Source: the human T2T-CHM13v2.0 reference genome, Homo sapiens | Strand: one strand, 5' to 3' | Assembly: GCF_009914755.1 (NCBI RefSeq) | Contig: NC_060943.1 | DNA: 64,000 nt | Shown here: positions 1 through 15,488 of the stretch, one piece after another | Layout of the letters: each line of letters begins with the position of its first letter | How positions within the stretch are numbered: the stretch's first letter is position 1 | The notes under the pieces: generated by a model | Databases searched by the model: none | Told to the model about the DNA's origin: nothing | What the model saw: only the letters and a program-made list of their open reading frames with translations | Made by a program: the position numbers and the translations under genes

Positions 1-232
1 ACACACACACATATACACAGTTGCATACACAGTCACCTCAACAAATAAACATGTCACCCTGCAAATAGTCTTCCTTTCATCCCACCCCTCTCCTCACCGC
101 CTTTGCTTGCTCATACCCACTCATTCTTCATATCCCTGCTCAGACACCCCCTTCCTCCAGGAAGCCCTCCTTGACACTCTACCAACTAAATCACATGTTT
201 TCAGGGCTCCTACGATCCCCTAATACCTCCCC

Positions 233-590
233 GTCCTGGCCCAACCCCTCTACCTATGTCCCCCTATCCCAGCCCTGACCCCTCTGCCTGGGCCTCCCCC
301 ATCCCAGCCCCAACCCCTCTACCTATGTCCCCCCATCCCAGCCCTGACCCCTCTGCCTGAGCCTCCCCAACCCCAGCCCTGACCCCTCTGCTTGGGGCCT
401 CCCTCATCCCAGCCCCAACCCCTCTACCTTTGTCCCCCCATCCCACCCCGACACCTCTGCCTGTGCCCACCACCCCAGCCCTGACCCTTCTGCCTGGGCC
501 TCCCCCATCCCAGCCCTGACCCCTCTGCCTGGGCCTCCCCCATCCCAGCCCTGATCCCTCTGCCTGGACCTCCCCCATCCCAGCCCTGAC
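233..590. repeat. ~34-35 bp C-rich minisatellite (VNTR), ~10 copies, in POU2F2 intron 1
   Basis: Repeating CCCCATCCCAGCCCTGACCCCTCTGCCTGGGCCT with a variant unit ...CCCCAACCCCTCTACCTATGT...; G-rich on the minus (sense) strand. Confidence 0.9.
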
Positions 591-1759
591 CTGTCTGTAC
601 TGTCATTGGTGACAGGTCTGTCTTCTCCAATAAACTGGGAGCTCCAGGAGGACAGACCTGAGCTACCCTTTCCACTGTACTTCCAACACCCAACACAGAA
701 CTACTCAATAGATACATGTTGGTGGAGGACACACGGGTGCCCGCACACAATGGCGCATATAGGACAGCACACACCACCAAACCAAGACTCATGCCCATGG
801 TCATGCCTACACAGCCACAAATGAAACAGGCATGAAGGGCTGAGTGCTTGCCATGTTCCAGGCACTGTGCTAAGCATGCTACATGTATTACCTCATTTAA
901 GACTCCCATCAACACTGCTGAGTGATAGCCATCACCATACAGACATATACACATTCTACTAAATGAGCCAACAGCTATAAATCACCTTGTACAGTGCCTG
1001 GTGCACAATGTTCACTCAGCCAACTGACATTTGGTGGAGAAGGCATTTAATAAGCACACAAACAAACACATAATGAAATTCCCAGCAGTGATACGTGCCG
1101 TGAAGAAAAGATAAAGCAGGGTGAGGGGACTGAGAGTGACAGGATCAGTGCCAGTTTAGATGGGGAGGTCAGGGAAGGCTGCCCTGAGGAGGTGACATCT
1201 GAGGTGAATGAAGTGAAGAAGGGAGCCAGGCAATCATCACCCCACAATGCCACACACAACAGCCCCCTACACTCACAAGCACACAGCAGTCCCACTCAGA
1301 GCACTCAGAACTACTGCACACACACATGCACACGCACACCTGTACCAGATGTGCACACACACACTCAAAAGGGAATGACATCCCCCAAGTCCAGCAACTT
1401 GGCATTCCAATCCCTTTGCAGCCCTTATCCAAGGATTGCCCATGTCACCCACCCCACTGGTTCTCCACATGAGGGCCCGCTACCAACACCCAGCTCCCTC
1501 CCTCCCGTCCCCAGACCCTTCGGAACAGGGCAACAGAGAAGAGAAGATGTTGGAAGTTCCGGTGCCTGATGTGGAAAGAGAGGGCAAAGAGGAGCTGTGG
1601 GGGTTAGCGGGGACCCGGCATGGGAGAGAGGGAGTTGCTAGAGTACAGAGGAGAAGGACAATGGAGACAGCTGAGGAGGAGGGGCAGGCAGGGCCCGCAG
1701 AGCAAACCTAAATGTGCTGCCTGTCCTCTGAGCAGTGGCACAGGCACCAGCCCCCTTAC

Positions 1760-1787
1760 CTGGAGCCCCCATGCTGGAGTGAACCAT
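1760..1787 (-). CDS. POU2F2: POU2F2 (Oct-2) canonical first coding exon: MVHSSMGAP + 1 nt; gene continues left of the window
   Basis: Reverse complement reads GGCAGC ATG GTT CAC TCC AGC ATG GGG GCT CCA G|GTAAGG. This matches the known Oct-2 N-terminus MVHSSMGAPE, followed by a strong phase-1 donor. Confidence 0.96.
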
Positions 1788-1789
1788 GC

Positions 1790-1960
1790 TGCCCGCCCCG
1801 CCAGGGCTGGGGGAACAACTGTGTCATCTCCCCACCCTCTCTGGGGGCCGAGCCCTCCCTGCCGGAAGTCACTCAGGGAGGAAACCACAGGGCCGGTCCG
1901 CCCCCTTCAGAAGGGAAAATACCCTGGCCCACAGACCCGCCCCGGCAGCCCGGCCCACCC
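1790..1960 (-). promoter_or_regulatory. POU2F2: POU2F2 proximal (lymphoid) TATA-less promoter and 5'UTR
   Basis: ETS CCGGAAGT 1862-1869, RUNX AACCACA 1883-1889, GC box CCGCCCCC 1898-1905 and kB-like GGGAAAATACCC 1913-1924 lie directly upstream of the ATG exon. Confidence 0.7.
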
Positions 1961-2339
1961 CAAATCATGTGTGTGTGCTGGGGGGTGGGGGCTAGTGGGG
2001 CAGAGGATAAGCAGGCTGGAAGAGCCGACTCCTACGGCTGCGATCCAAGAGGTGCCTGCAACAGTTGCCCCCCGACTTCTGTCGCCCCCATGGAGGCAAA
2101 CAAGTCTGGAACAGGGAATGGGGGTCTGGGAGAGAAGGTGGGTCCACAGCAGTAACAACAATAAAACACTAGCCAGCAGCTTATTGGAGAGAGGGCTTTG
2201 CCGATGCCTGACCCTGTGCCTCACTCTTGACAGGTGCCATCTCCAATGTGGTGGTCACTCTTATTTGCCCCATTTTACAGATGAAAAGACTGAGGATCAG
2301 AGAGGTGAGCAGTAGCTTTCCCAAAGGCCCAGAGCCAAG

Positions 2340-2920
2340 AAGCGTTGAAGCTTAAAAGCACGCCGCGGCAGGGAAGATCAAGCAAGCCCTGCGCCTATCT
2401 GCAGGTGAGCTGTTGGGTGCCACCATTGGGAGGAAGTGGTGCCCGTGGGCAGTGGTAGTGGGGACGGTGGGTCGGGGACTTGGCCTGGGGCTACAATAAG
2501 TCGCCGGCCAAATGCGGGCGCCCGAGGCGGCTCCAGTGGAGGGGAGCACCAGGTCCCCGGGCTGCCGGCTGGCTCTTCGCGCTGCGGCGCTCCCATTTCA
2601 GCGCTTCCCTCCGTGCCCGCCAGAGGGCGGCAGCGCCCAGCCAATGGGCCGGAGGGCGGGGCCGGCTGCGGAGAAGGGAGCCCCTCCCTCCGCTCCCCTC
2701 CCCAACACCCTCCCAACACCTCCGCTCGCACACCTGCGAGGGTCACACAAAGGCGCAGGACTCCCGGCGCACCGCAGCTCAGACAAAGGCGCGCCCGAGT
2801 CCGCTGCCCTCTTCCTCTTGGTGCCCGAGGTCTGAGGCTGTGGGGCTGCCTGGCGTCTCCAGACACCCCACATGCCCGCCTGGGCCCCGCAGGACATCCT
2901 GCGCCCCGTGGCTGGGGGGC
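2340..2920. promoter_or_regulatory. CpG island with CTCF, CCAAT and GC-box motifs
   Basis: Dense CpG; CCGCCAGAGGGCGG 2617-2630, CCAAT 2641-2645, GGGCGGGG 2654-2661. Confidence 0.8.
2821..2889 (-). ncRNA. MIR4323: MIR4323 precursor (annotated miRNA; authenticity uncertain)
   Basis: Reverse complement CGGGGCCCAGGCGGGCATGTGGGGTGTCTGGAGACGCCAGGCAGCCCCACAGCCTCAGACCTCGGGCAC contains the recalled mature miR-4323 sequence CAGCCCCACAGCCTCAGA. Confidence 0.85.
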
Positions 2921-4109
2921 CCCCTAAACCACAGGTGCATGCACAGACGCCTGGACTCACCCTCACACACACAAGTATTTCTACAGATGAACCCCAGCAC
3001 TTCACACACACACACGTGTGCACACACACGTGCATGAACACATCTATGTGCACAGGCCCCAACACCAGCCCTCCCTGCTGACGATGGTCACTCCCATATA
3101 CTGATACCTCCTCTACTCCCTCACATGGACCCATGGGCACAAGGGCACTTCTACACATATGTGCCCAAGCATACTTCCTGGCCACTCGCACCCACTCACA
3201 CACAGGCACACTCAGAAAGGGTATACTACAGGCACAACTACAGGAGTGCCCTCCCCTGACTGCACACGTGCCCTGTGCACCCAGACACACCCAGGCAAGC
3301 AGGTGGGCACAACAGGAAGGACTGGCAGTTCTCATATATGCACACGAGAGGTGACCGTTTCCCGGCATCTACACTCCACAACATCCCGTATCGTAAAGGC
3401 CATTTCACAGAGGAGATCCACAGACCACACAGCAACTGGCCACAGGATTTCTATACATGAGGGTCTTCCCGACAGCAGCCTGGTAGCAGTGGACACTGGA
3501 GCCTTGTCTCAAAGCGACATTTACGCAGTAAGCTTTGTTTTCAGTTAGGATTTGTTTTGGGGGGCTTGGAAATGGGGCTATAGGACATTATGGGGGGGGG
3601 CAAAACCTCACCAGCCACCCTTATGCTCCACCCTGGACAGACTCAACATCATCCACGTCAGGAACACGCTTTTGGATGTGACCCCATTCCAGCCCCCTAG
3701 AGCCAGCAGAGAAGGACCACCCACTTCCAGTGCGGCCAGGTCTGCAGTTCAGTCCTGGAGCCGGGGAAGGCTGTATACGCTCCCTGAGAGATGAAACAAC
3801 CCCACACCTCTCGCCTCCCATGCTGGCTCCATTCTCAGTGCCTCAGACCAGAGCTGGGCCTGGTGAGGGGATCTTGAAGGAGGATGGGCCTGCCTGAGAG
3901 AGGATAGAGGGGCAGAGTTTGGAACACACTGGCAGCTGGAACAGGGAGGCTCAAGGCAGGGGGAGATGGTGGCCTCGTTGCCACAGAAGAGGCCTCGAGC
4001 CATGCTGAGGGAGGCAGGTAGGGCATGGGAGCTAGGGAGCAGTGGGGGCCACTTGAGGTGCAGGGAGCTGGGAGGGAGGCGGTACAGGGGAGGCCAGGCT
4101 GGGCTCAGG

Positions 4110-4300
4110 GCTGAGCGGTAATTAAAGGAGACGTAGGGGGCTCCCCAGGGCCAGCGGGGCTGGTAACTGACACGCGGGCCCCATTGCTCCGCTCATATTT
4201 CTCGCCGGATCGATACGTTTGACTCCCGACAAGACAATAATCGCTTGTACGCGGCCGGCGAGTCGATCAAATACATTATTAGAGCGAGGTCCCCCGGGGG
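4110..4300. promoter_or_regulatory. Candidate conserved non-coding enhancer
   Basis: CpG-rich yet AT-interspersed islet with TAATTA 4119-4124, TGACA 4148-4152, ATCGAT 4209-4214 and ACAAT ~4235. Confidence 0.55.
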
Positions 4301-4805
4301 CCCGGCGGGGAGTGGTGGGGGGGAGCAGCCAGCCCACCGGGGACAGCAGAGCGAGATTCTTCACCCCTCAGGGCCCCCCAGCCATGGCCTCTTCCTCTTG
4401 GCCACCCCTGGGGACCCTCTCTGTGGCTCAGTTCCCCAGCCTCTCTCTGAATGTCTGCTGCTTTGGTGATCTCTCTACTCAGCCCCCAGCATCATCCTTG
4501 CTCTGTGAGGGAACCCAAGGGTTCTTTCCCCATAGGCACTGCCCTCATCTGTAGGGCTGTGGCATGTGGGAGCTCAGAGAGGCTCCTCAGACCCCTAGCT
4601 TGGCAGGAGACAGGGAGACCAAGCCTCAGGCCATACTCTGAGTCCATGGCTGGGCCAGGAGATGAACTTGGGCCCAAGACTCAATGATACCCACCTCCCT
4701 CTGCCCAGTCCCCTTGCTGCATCTAAGCACACGGGGCTTCAGCAGCGCCCAGGCCAGGGGCAGCCTCTGGGGGGTTAGGGAAAGCTAACCTAGGGACCCA
4801 AACAA

Positions 4806-5370
<565 letters not shown>

Positions 5371-5524
5371 CCTCAAGCCTATTTCCTGTTTACACACCTG
5401 CTTTGCCCTCTAGACCCGAAGTGCCCCTTTGCTTCTCCAGCAGCCCTAAGTCAAAGTCAAGTTCTGCTTAGGAGTATCCAGCATTCAGGGACTTAAAATA
5501 TATCTTCCTCTTTGTCTTCATTAG

Positions 5525-5860
<336 letters not shown>

Positions 5861-6565
5861 ACTACTCTGTGCTATTTGAACCAATATATTATTTCTAAGT
5901 CCTCATGACAGTCTGAGGAGGTAAAGGTCTGCTATCATCCTCATTTTACTAACAAATTGAGCCTCAGAAAGGTGAAGTCTCCTGCCCCAAGTCACACAGC
6001 ATGAGTGGTGGAGTCAGGATTTAAGCCCAGGTCTGTCCCCCTGACAGCTTGATCTCTCTGTACTGAGCCATGGAGCTCCTTCTTGGAGGCGTGAAATGCT
6101 CCCCATCCTTCAGGAGACAACAGCAACAGCCAGCCACTCCTTGTCCAGTCAGCAATGCTGGAATACCTCTGCAGCTCACAGTCCAACGCCCACAGCCTTC
6201 GAGTCAGTTTCTTGATATTCGGCAATGCACTGGACTCCTGATCCCATCAGCTCCTGGCTGAAGGTGGGCCAACCCTTCCCCATTTCCTTCAATTCAAACA
6301 TTTCCTCATGTCCCTCAGTGCCAAGCCCTGTGCTGGGAGCTGAGGACCCAGAGGTGAGCTAGATCTAAAATCTGACCTCAAGGAGCTAACAGTCTGAGAG
6401 GAAGACTGGAGTGGATAAAAATACCTTGGTAATTTATCACTTAATAAATATCCAATAAATGCTATTATGTGCCAAGCCATTGCTAAGCTCAGAGAATACA
6501 GTGGTTAAAAGCAACCCATAGAGCTTATAGTCTTTGGGGGAGAAATAATTTTTAAAAGTTATCAA

Positions 6566-6752
6566 CTAGCAGGGCATGGTGGCATACCCCTGTAGTCCTG
6601 GCTCCTCTGGAGGGTAAAGCAGGAGGATCACTTGAGCCCAGGAGTTCAAGGCTGCAATGAGCTATGATGGCACCACTGCTCTCCAGCCTGAGTGACAGAG
6701 CAAGACTCAATCTCTAAAATAAATAAATAAATAAATAAAATAAAAAATAAAA
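6566..6752 (+). mobile_element. Alu monomer (FRAM/FAM-like) inside an L2 remnant
   Basis: Single arm ending in an (AAAT)n tail. Confidence 0.85.
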
Positions 6753-6815
6753 AGCCATCAAATAAATATGTAATTCTAAGTTAGGAAAAGTGATTTCAAG
6801 AATAGGTAGAGGAGG

Positions 6816-7102
6816 GGCTGGGCATGGTGGCTCACACCTGTAATCCTGGCGCTTTGAGAGGCTGAGGTGGGAGAGTTGCTTGACACCAGGAGTTTGAGAC
6901 CTGTCTGGACAACATATCGAGACCCCATCTCTACAAAAAAAATTGTTTTAACTTAGCTGGGTGTGGTGGTGTGCGTCTGTAGTCCCAGCTACTCGAGAGG
7001 CTGAGGCGGGAAGATTGCTTGAGGTCGAGGCTGCAGTGAGCTACGATCATGCCACTGCACTCCAGCCTGGGTGACAGAGAGAGACCCTGACTCTTAAAAA
7101 AA
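6816..7102 (+). mobile_element. Alu (J-type)
   Basis: GGCTGGGCATGGTGGCTCAC...A-tail. Confidence 0.93.
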
Positions 7103-8410
7103 GTAGAAGGAGGATACCTGATGTAAACAAAGGATGGCATGTTGCAGAAAACTGTCCCAAGGAAGTGACATTTACATAGCAATTAGACACAGTATTCTCG
7201 AGGCAAAGAATGTGAAGGAAGACACTCCAGGCAATGGGAACAGAGGAGGCGATGGCCCCATGGAAACAAACAGTGTGGCAATTCCAGGATCAGAAAGGAG
7301 GCCTATAGAGCTGGAGCAGAGTGAACAAAGAAGAGAAGATAGGAGACGAGGTGTGAGGTGGAGAGGCGGCCAGGGCCAGATCGCACAGGGCCTTGCAGGC
7401 CAAGGTAAGAATTTGGGACTTCAAGAACAGTGGGACACCTGAGAAGGTTTCAAGCAGGGGAGTGGCATGGTTCTATGAACACTTTTGTGACAATCCTGGC
7501 TGCTTTGGAGGCCGCAGTGAAGAACCAGAGGATGGAGTGTGGGGGTCAGCGTGAGGAAGCTGATGAATTCCACATCACCATCAGGTGATGATGACAGGAA
7601 GCAATAATTGGTGATTGGCTGAATGTGGGGCATGGGAGTCACGGAGAAGTCAAGAATGAGGTCCAGGTATGTTAAAGTATCTTTCCTGGCACAGAAGATT
7701 GGGGCAGGTGGAAGAGCTTAAGCTCAGGTAAGAAAGATCAGGGTAGGACCTGAGGTCCTGAAGGATGAAAGGAAGGGCAGGAGGTGGGAAACAGCATTCA
7801 AGGGGGTTGCCAAGGTTGAAGACCCCAAGGTGGAGACAAACTTGGCTTTCCCAAGTTTGTCCTCAAGTTCCTTTGAGGTTGGATTTGAAGTTGCAGGTGG
7901 AAGGCTTCTGCGCAGAAGCATTCTGTGTAAGGAAGTTCTACTGGGGACAAATGTGGGGACCGGCTGGTAGCATGGAATCTGGAGACAGGATGACCAATGG
8001 GGAGGCTGGGACAGTGGTCCAAGGCGGCAGGGGAGAAAGGAGCCATGAGGATTAGGATGAGGATACATATTCAAGCTGGAGTCTACAGGAACAGGATATG
8101 AGAAGTGGGTGCTGGGCTGGGGTGGCTGGGTGGATGCGAGGCCATCACTGAAAGACACAGTGAGAAGGGAAGCAGGGGGAAGACACTTGGGTCAGTTCCA
8201 GGGGGAAAGTCAGGAAGCAGCATCTTCCAAGAAGCAAGGTCTGTGGACCAGAAGTCAGCAGATGCTTAACAAATTCACATGGATACAAACATTCCTCATC
8301 ATATCTCCCCACCACAGCCAATTTTCCACATCCACCAGAATTCCCAGTTCGCCTCATGTAAGAAAAGAAGCACTGTGATGTGGCTCAAAGAAGATAAAAG
8401 AAGACTAACT

Positions 8411-8760
<350 letters not shown>

Positions 8761-8861
8761 CTAGGGCCAGCCCCCTGAACTCCCTGGACCTCAGTTTCCC
8801 CAGATATATGTCTGAGATGGGCTGGAGAAGCACTCTAAGACTTCTTCCAGCTTGAACATTC

Positions 8862-9116
8862 TTTTATTTTATTTTACTTTATTTGGCTCACTGCAACCTC
8901 CACCTCCTGGGTTCAAGTGATTCTCTTGCCTCAGTCTCCTGAGTAGCTGGGGCTACAACCATGCGCCACCATGCCCAGCTAATTTTTGTATTTTTAGTAG
9001 AAATAGGGTTTCACCATGTTGGCCAGGCTGATCTCAAACTCCTGCCCTCAAGTGATCCACCCACCTCAGCCTCCCAAAGTGCTGGAATTACAGGCATGAG
9101 CCACTGTGGCCCGGCC
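8862..9116 (-). mobile_element. Alu with a deletion near its 3' end
   Basis: T-rich tail joins directly to GGCTCACTGCAACC; TSD CAGCT..AACATTCT. Confidence 0.92.
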
Positions 9117-10773
9117 CCAGCTCTAACATTCTGTAGCTTGAAAGAAACAAGAACGGGTGAGATGGACTGACGGCTCAACTGGCCATTGACAAATAGGGAG
9201 GTAAAGCATGGCCAACCTACTCTAAAGAGGCCCTGGCTGGGTATACTCGGCAACCCACTTACTCCTCACTGTCATCTTATGAGGGAGAGACCATTATCAT
9301 CCTCACTTTAAAGATGAGGAAGCTGAGGCCCACAGTCACACAATGAGGCTGGAGTGAACCCAGAGGCTTGTTGACCCCAAAGCTTGTGCTTCAGCTGTTT
9401 TGTTGAGCTCACTGCTCCTCAACCTGGCTTGTGTGAGTCTCATTCAGACTGCAGATCCCCCAGGAACAGGGTCCCTTGGCATCCACTGCCATGTGCTCAC
9501 CAGGGTCTCTGAATGACCTGTGGGAGCAGGCGCCTGGCCCTGGGTCTTCCTCAATGAGGCTCTGCCCTTGGCCCAGGAGTCCCTAGCCCCCTTGCTGCTG
9601 CCCCCAGGCTTTCCACAGCCCACATGCGCACTTCCTGTTCTCTAGCTCCCACTGGGCGCAGCACCAACTCTGCAGGCTCAGAGGCCGCCGCTGTCATCCC
9701 AGCGCAGGGAGCTGTCCAAAGGCTGAAAAGCAAGAGCCCATGGCCTTGGTCCAGAGCCCTCCAGTCCTGCTGCCCCCAGGACAAACCCAGTCCCCTTACT
9801 GTGGCCTCCAGGGCCCTACAGGACCTCCCCGCTGGCCACAGGAGTACCACACCTCAGCCACACTGGAGGAAGCTAATTTTGTCCCCAACATGGGGCCTTC
9901 AACCTTGCCAGCCCCCTTGAATGCTGTTCCCCACCTCCTCCCCTTCCTCTCATCCTTCAAGACTCCACTCAAAGGCCACTCCTCAGAGAAACCCTCCCTA
10001 GTCATGCTCCACTCCATTCCCAGTTTTATTTCCTTCAGAGCACTCTGAAATTCAATTGCCGCCTATTTGCTTTACTGTCTCTTTCACCCTCTAAAATGTA
10101 AGCTTTCTGAAGACAGGTGTCCTTTTCTGTCTTGTTCACTGTGGTATTCTTGGTGCTTTAACAGTGCCTGGCATATAGTTGATGCTTGAACCTTACTTGT
10201 TGAATGAATAAATCCTTCCAGGCACCCATGGTCCACAGAATAAAATCCAAGGCTGGCTCTCCAAACCCAAGTGGATATGGTGCCTCTCAACCTCCTCAGC
10301 TATCTCACCCTCAGAGCTCACCTTTCTCCTCTGTTCAATAACTTGGGCTCCCCTATGTGTCCCATCCCTCATGCCTGCTTTGTCTGCCACAAATTCTGTA
10401 CACACCAGCCTCTGCTCAAATATCCTCTCTCTGGAAGCCTTCCCTGACCTCAGTCTTGCCACAGCTCCAGGTAGTATCCCCGGGCTTTAGCACTAATTGT
10501 ACTGCACTGAATCACTTCCCAATGAGGCTGTACCTACAGACTGTGAGCTCCTTGAGAAGAGGGCTCAGTTTGACATGTTCTTGTAGACTCAGCACCCAGC
10601 ACTGGGCCTGCATTTAGCTGAGGCTCCAGGAATGTTTGTTGGGTAAGGACAACTGCCCTGCAGATGGTTAACCATCTATACAGGTGAACATAATGACTAG
10701 TTTGGTAGTCAATCAGATGAGGGTTTGGAATCTGGTTCCTCCATTCATTTGCTGTGTGACCCTGGGCAGGTGA

Positions 10774-11162
<389 letters not shown>

Positions 11163-11174
11163 TAATTAATCTTA

Positions 11175-11865
<691 letters not shown>

Positions 11866-11929
11866 AGCACTTTAGTTTTAATAATGAGATTGTACTTGTT
11901 TTTTGGTGGGGGTTTGGGGTTTGGGGGGT

Positions 11930-12240
11930 TTTTTATTTGTTTTTGTTTTTGTTTTTGAGACAGGGTCGTCTCACTCTGTCAACCAGGCTGGAGTACAGTG
12001 GTGCAATCTCAGCTCACTGCAACTGCCACCCCCCAGCAAGCAATCCTCCTACCTCAGCCTCCTGAGTAGCTGGGACCAAAGGCACATGCTACCACACCCA
12101 GCTAAGTTTTGTACTTTTTGGTAGAGACAGGATTTCAACATGTTGCATGGGCTGGTCTTGAACTCCCGGGCTCAAGCGATCCTCCCTCCTCAGTCTCCCT
12201 ACATGCTGGGGTTATAGTCATGAGCCACTGTGCCTGGCCT
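11930..12240 (-). mobile_element. Alu (J-type)
   Basis: Antisense dimer, GAGACAGGGTC... Confidence 0.9.
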
Positions 12241-12459
12241 GTACTCATTTTTTTAATTAAAATTAGAACATATTAAATGATACACATGCAGAAAATCAAA
12301 TAAATGATTATCCCAAAAGTGAGAATTGTAGTTACCTCCAGCAGAGAGGAAGGAGTATGTTTGGAAAGGGACACACGGGGTGGGGCTTCTGGGTGCCTTT
12401 GACATCTCCACCCAAGTGGTGAATGCACAGATGTTCACTCGATCAAGATTCATTAAACT

Positions 12460-12742
12460 GGCCAGGGGTGGTGGTTCACACCTGTAATCTCAGCACTTTG
12501 GGAGACTGAGGCTGGGTCACTTGAGGCCAGGAGTTTGAGACCAGCCTGGCCAACATGGTGAAATCCTGTCTCTGCTAAAAATACAAAAAATTAGCTGGGT
12601 GTGGTAGTGCATGCTTGTAATCCCAGCTACTCAGGAGGCTAAGGCTTGAACCTGGGGGCTGAGGTTGCAGTGAGCCGAGATCAAGCTGCTGCACTCCACC
12701 CTGGGCAAAAGAGCAAGACTCTGCCTCAAAAAAAAAGAAAAA
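12460..12742 (+). mobile_element. Alu
   Basis: Dimer with TSD ATTCATTAAACT. Confidence 0.92.
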
Positions 12743-15028
12743 ATTCATTAAACTGTACATTAACGTCTTGTCCAATGACTGTGTGCTTCCTGTGGGCAGG
12801 GGCCAATCATTGCAATATCATCTGTTTCCCCATCCCCATTTCACTGCCCAGAAACAGACTTAATATAAGTTGTGTGCTCAGTAGGGAGTGCCCATCACGG
12901 CAAGCGCTCAGGAGGGCCAAGGCCGCTGTCCAGGGTACTAACGACCCAAGCCTGGGAGGCCACAGAGAAGGCCAGCAAAGCGAGCCAGCTTCAAGATGCC
13001 TCATTCTGAAGGGCCCCTGCCCACCTCAACTCCTCTCTCCCCACCCCCTTCACTCACTTCCTCCAAGCTGTCTGCCTTTCTGTTCCTGCAATCCACGCCC
13101 GCGCTTCTTCTTGCCTCAGGACTTTTGCTCTTGCCCTTCCTCCTGCCCAGTGCAGTCCTTCCCCAGGTGTTCCTAAGGCTCGTCCCCTTACTTACTCCAG
13201 AATTACACTTAAACACCCCCTCCACAGAGAGGCCTTTTGACATCCTGTCTCACATGGCACTTCTCATCACTACGTCCTCTACCAGGTTGCACTTTCTTCT
13301 AGCACTTTTTGCTGTCTCACCTTCAAGCCTCGTGTCACGTGCTTGTTTATTACCTCTTTTCCCCCAAACTGAATGTTTATGCCAGCACAGGGAGCATGTG
13401 TGTCCCATTATGTCTCATCCTGTCTTTTAGAAGGATCCCAGGTGCACAAAATTGGATTAATCATAATCCTTGGTTCACAGCGTACTCCCATCACTGGGCT
13501 GGATGGAGCCCTCTTTCTCTATCCATTCACTTATTGTTTTACTTATTTTTAATAATGAGTTAATGTGAACCCACATTCACCATTCAGATTAGAACCATGA
13601 TAATAATCATACTAGCCTGTGTCTGTCCTCTTCACTGCTGTGTCTCCAGCACCTGCAACCCAGGAGGTGCTTGGTATTGATTTATTGAAGAAGCTGACAA
13701 AGGGGCAATGACCTCCACACCCTGCAAAAGGGAGCTAATGGGAGTGCCCACCTGGCCTCACAAGGCGGGAGAAGAAGGCAAAGGCCAGGCCCTCCACTCA
13801 GTTCCCCTGTCCTCCCCTGGTGCTCCACTCCTGCTCAGCCTGGGCAAGCGCCTCTTCCACACGATTCAGTTCCACATCTTCAGGGAGGGCCCACTGTGCC
13901 AGACCTTGTGCCAGGAGCTAGGGACACAGGGTGGCTCAGCTTGGCCATGCTCCTGAGGAGCTCTCAAGCCTCGATGCTCCAGGCCCCTAGACCATCCCAC
14001 TATTCTACTAAGTAACAAGAGCAGCTACATGGCACCTGCTCTGTGCAGGCATATGTTATGTGTATTCTTTGCATCATCTTTTGGCATCTTCCCAACAATT
14101 CACTAAAGCAGGGGCTGTTATTATCCACCCCCTTTTCAGAGGAGCACCCCAAGGCGGGTCAGAGAGGGCAAGGACTTGCCCAGACTCAGTCATGGGCAAG
14201 CCAATTCCAGAGCCCAGCTCTCCTTGCCCCAGGCCTTGCTGTTACACTGATCCCATGCACATTTCTCTTCCTCCAAAGTCTGTGAAGTCCTGGGCCTCTT
14301 GCATCTCTGCAAAAGCAACTGAGGATGGCTGAAAAGGTGTCAACTTTAGAGTCACATAAATAGGTAGTTAAGTCCCAGCTGTGGGGCTAGGTGTGGCCTA
14401 TGTGTCACTTGGCCCATGTGTCACATTCCTGAGGGGATGAAATTAAAACAAAATGTGTATTTTTTACTTTATAGTTGAATGACACTGCCAGACCACACCA
14501 CCAGTAAGATAGTATGCATTTTGTTTTAATAAATCCTGAAATGACCTTATAAATATCAGTTAACGTGGCATTTTATTGTTGTCATTGCTAAAAGCACAGG
14601 TCTGTAAATCCATTTCAGTATTCCTTCGTTCTTAGTACACTAGGAGGCTCAAGAATTAGAAGTTGCCTTGGCCTCTCTCAGCCTCTGCAAAGACTGCTGA
14701 GTCCTAGCTGTGCAACTTTGAGCAAACCACTCAGCCTCTCTGTGCCTCTCTCAGAACTGTGCGGACCCTGAGCAGCATCCACAGAGGGCCCTGCCTACAG
14801 AAGGTGCTCTACATTGATTCAGAGGAGTTTAACTTAACGGAACTGTATTAGCCCAGATCGCATGAGACACAGTGCCTGTCATCGTTGAAGCAAACTCTGA
14901 GCTCTGGACATTTGAAGGAAAGTGAGGGATCAAGGAAGAAGTCTAGGTTGTTGTTGTGACAACCATTTACTGAGATGGACACAAGCTCTTGGAAAAGCTT
15001 GGGAGAGGGAATCAAGAGTTCTGCTTTA

Positions 15029-15488
<460 letters not shown>

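Noticed and set aside
264-954. ORFs with repeating GEAQAEGSGLG
   Set aside because: They are translations of the VNTR.
2821-2889. MIR4323 as a novel or high-interest finding
   Set aside because: It is already annotated, and its GC-rich imperfect hairpin with an 18-nt mature sequence makes canonical miRNA status doubtful.
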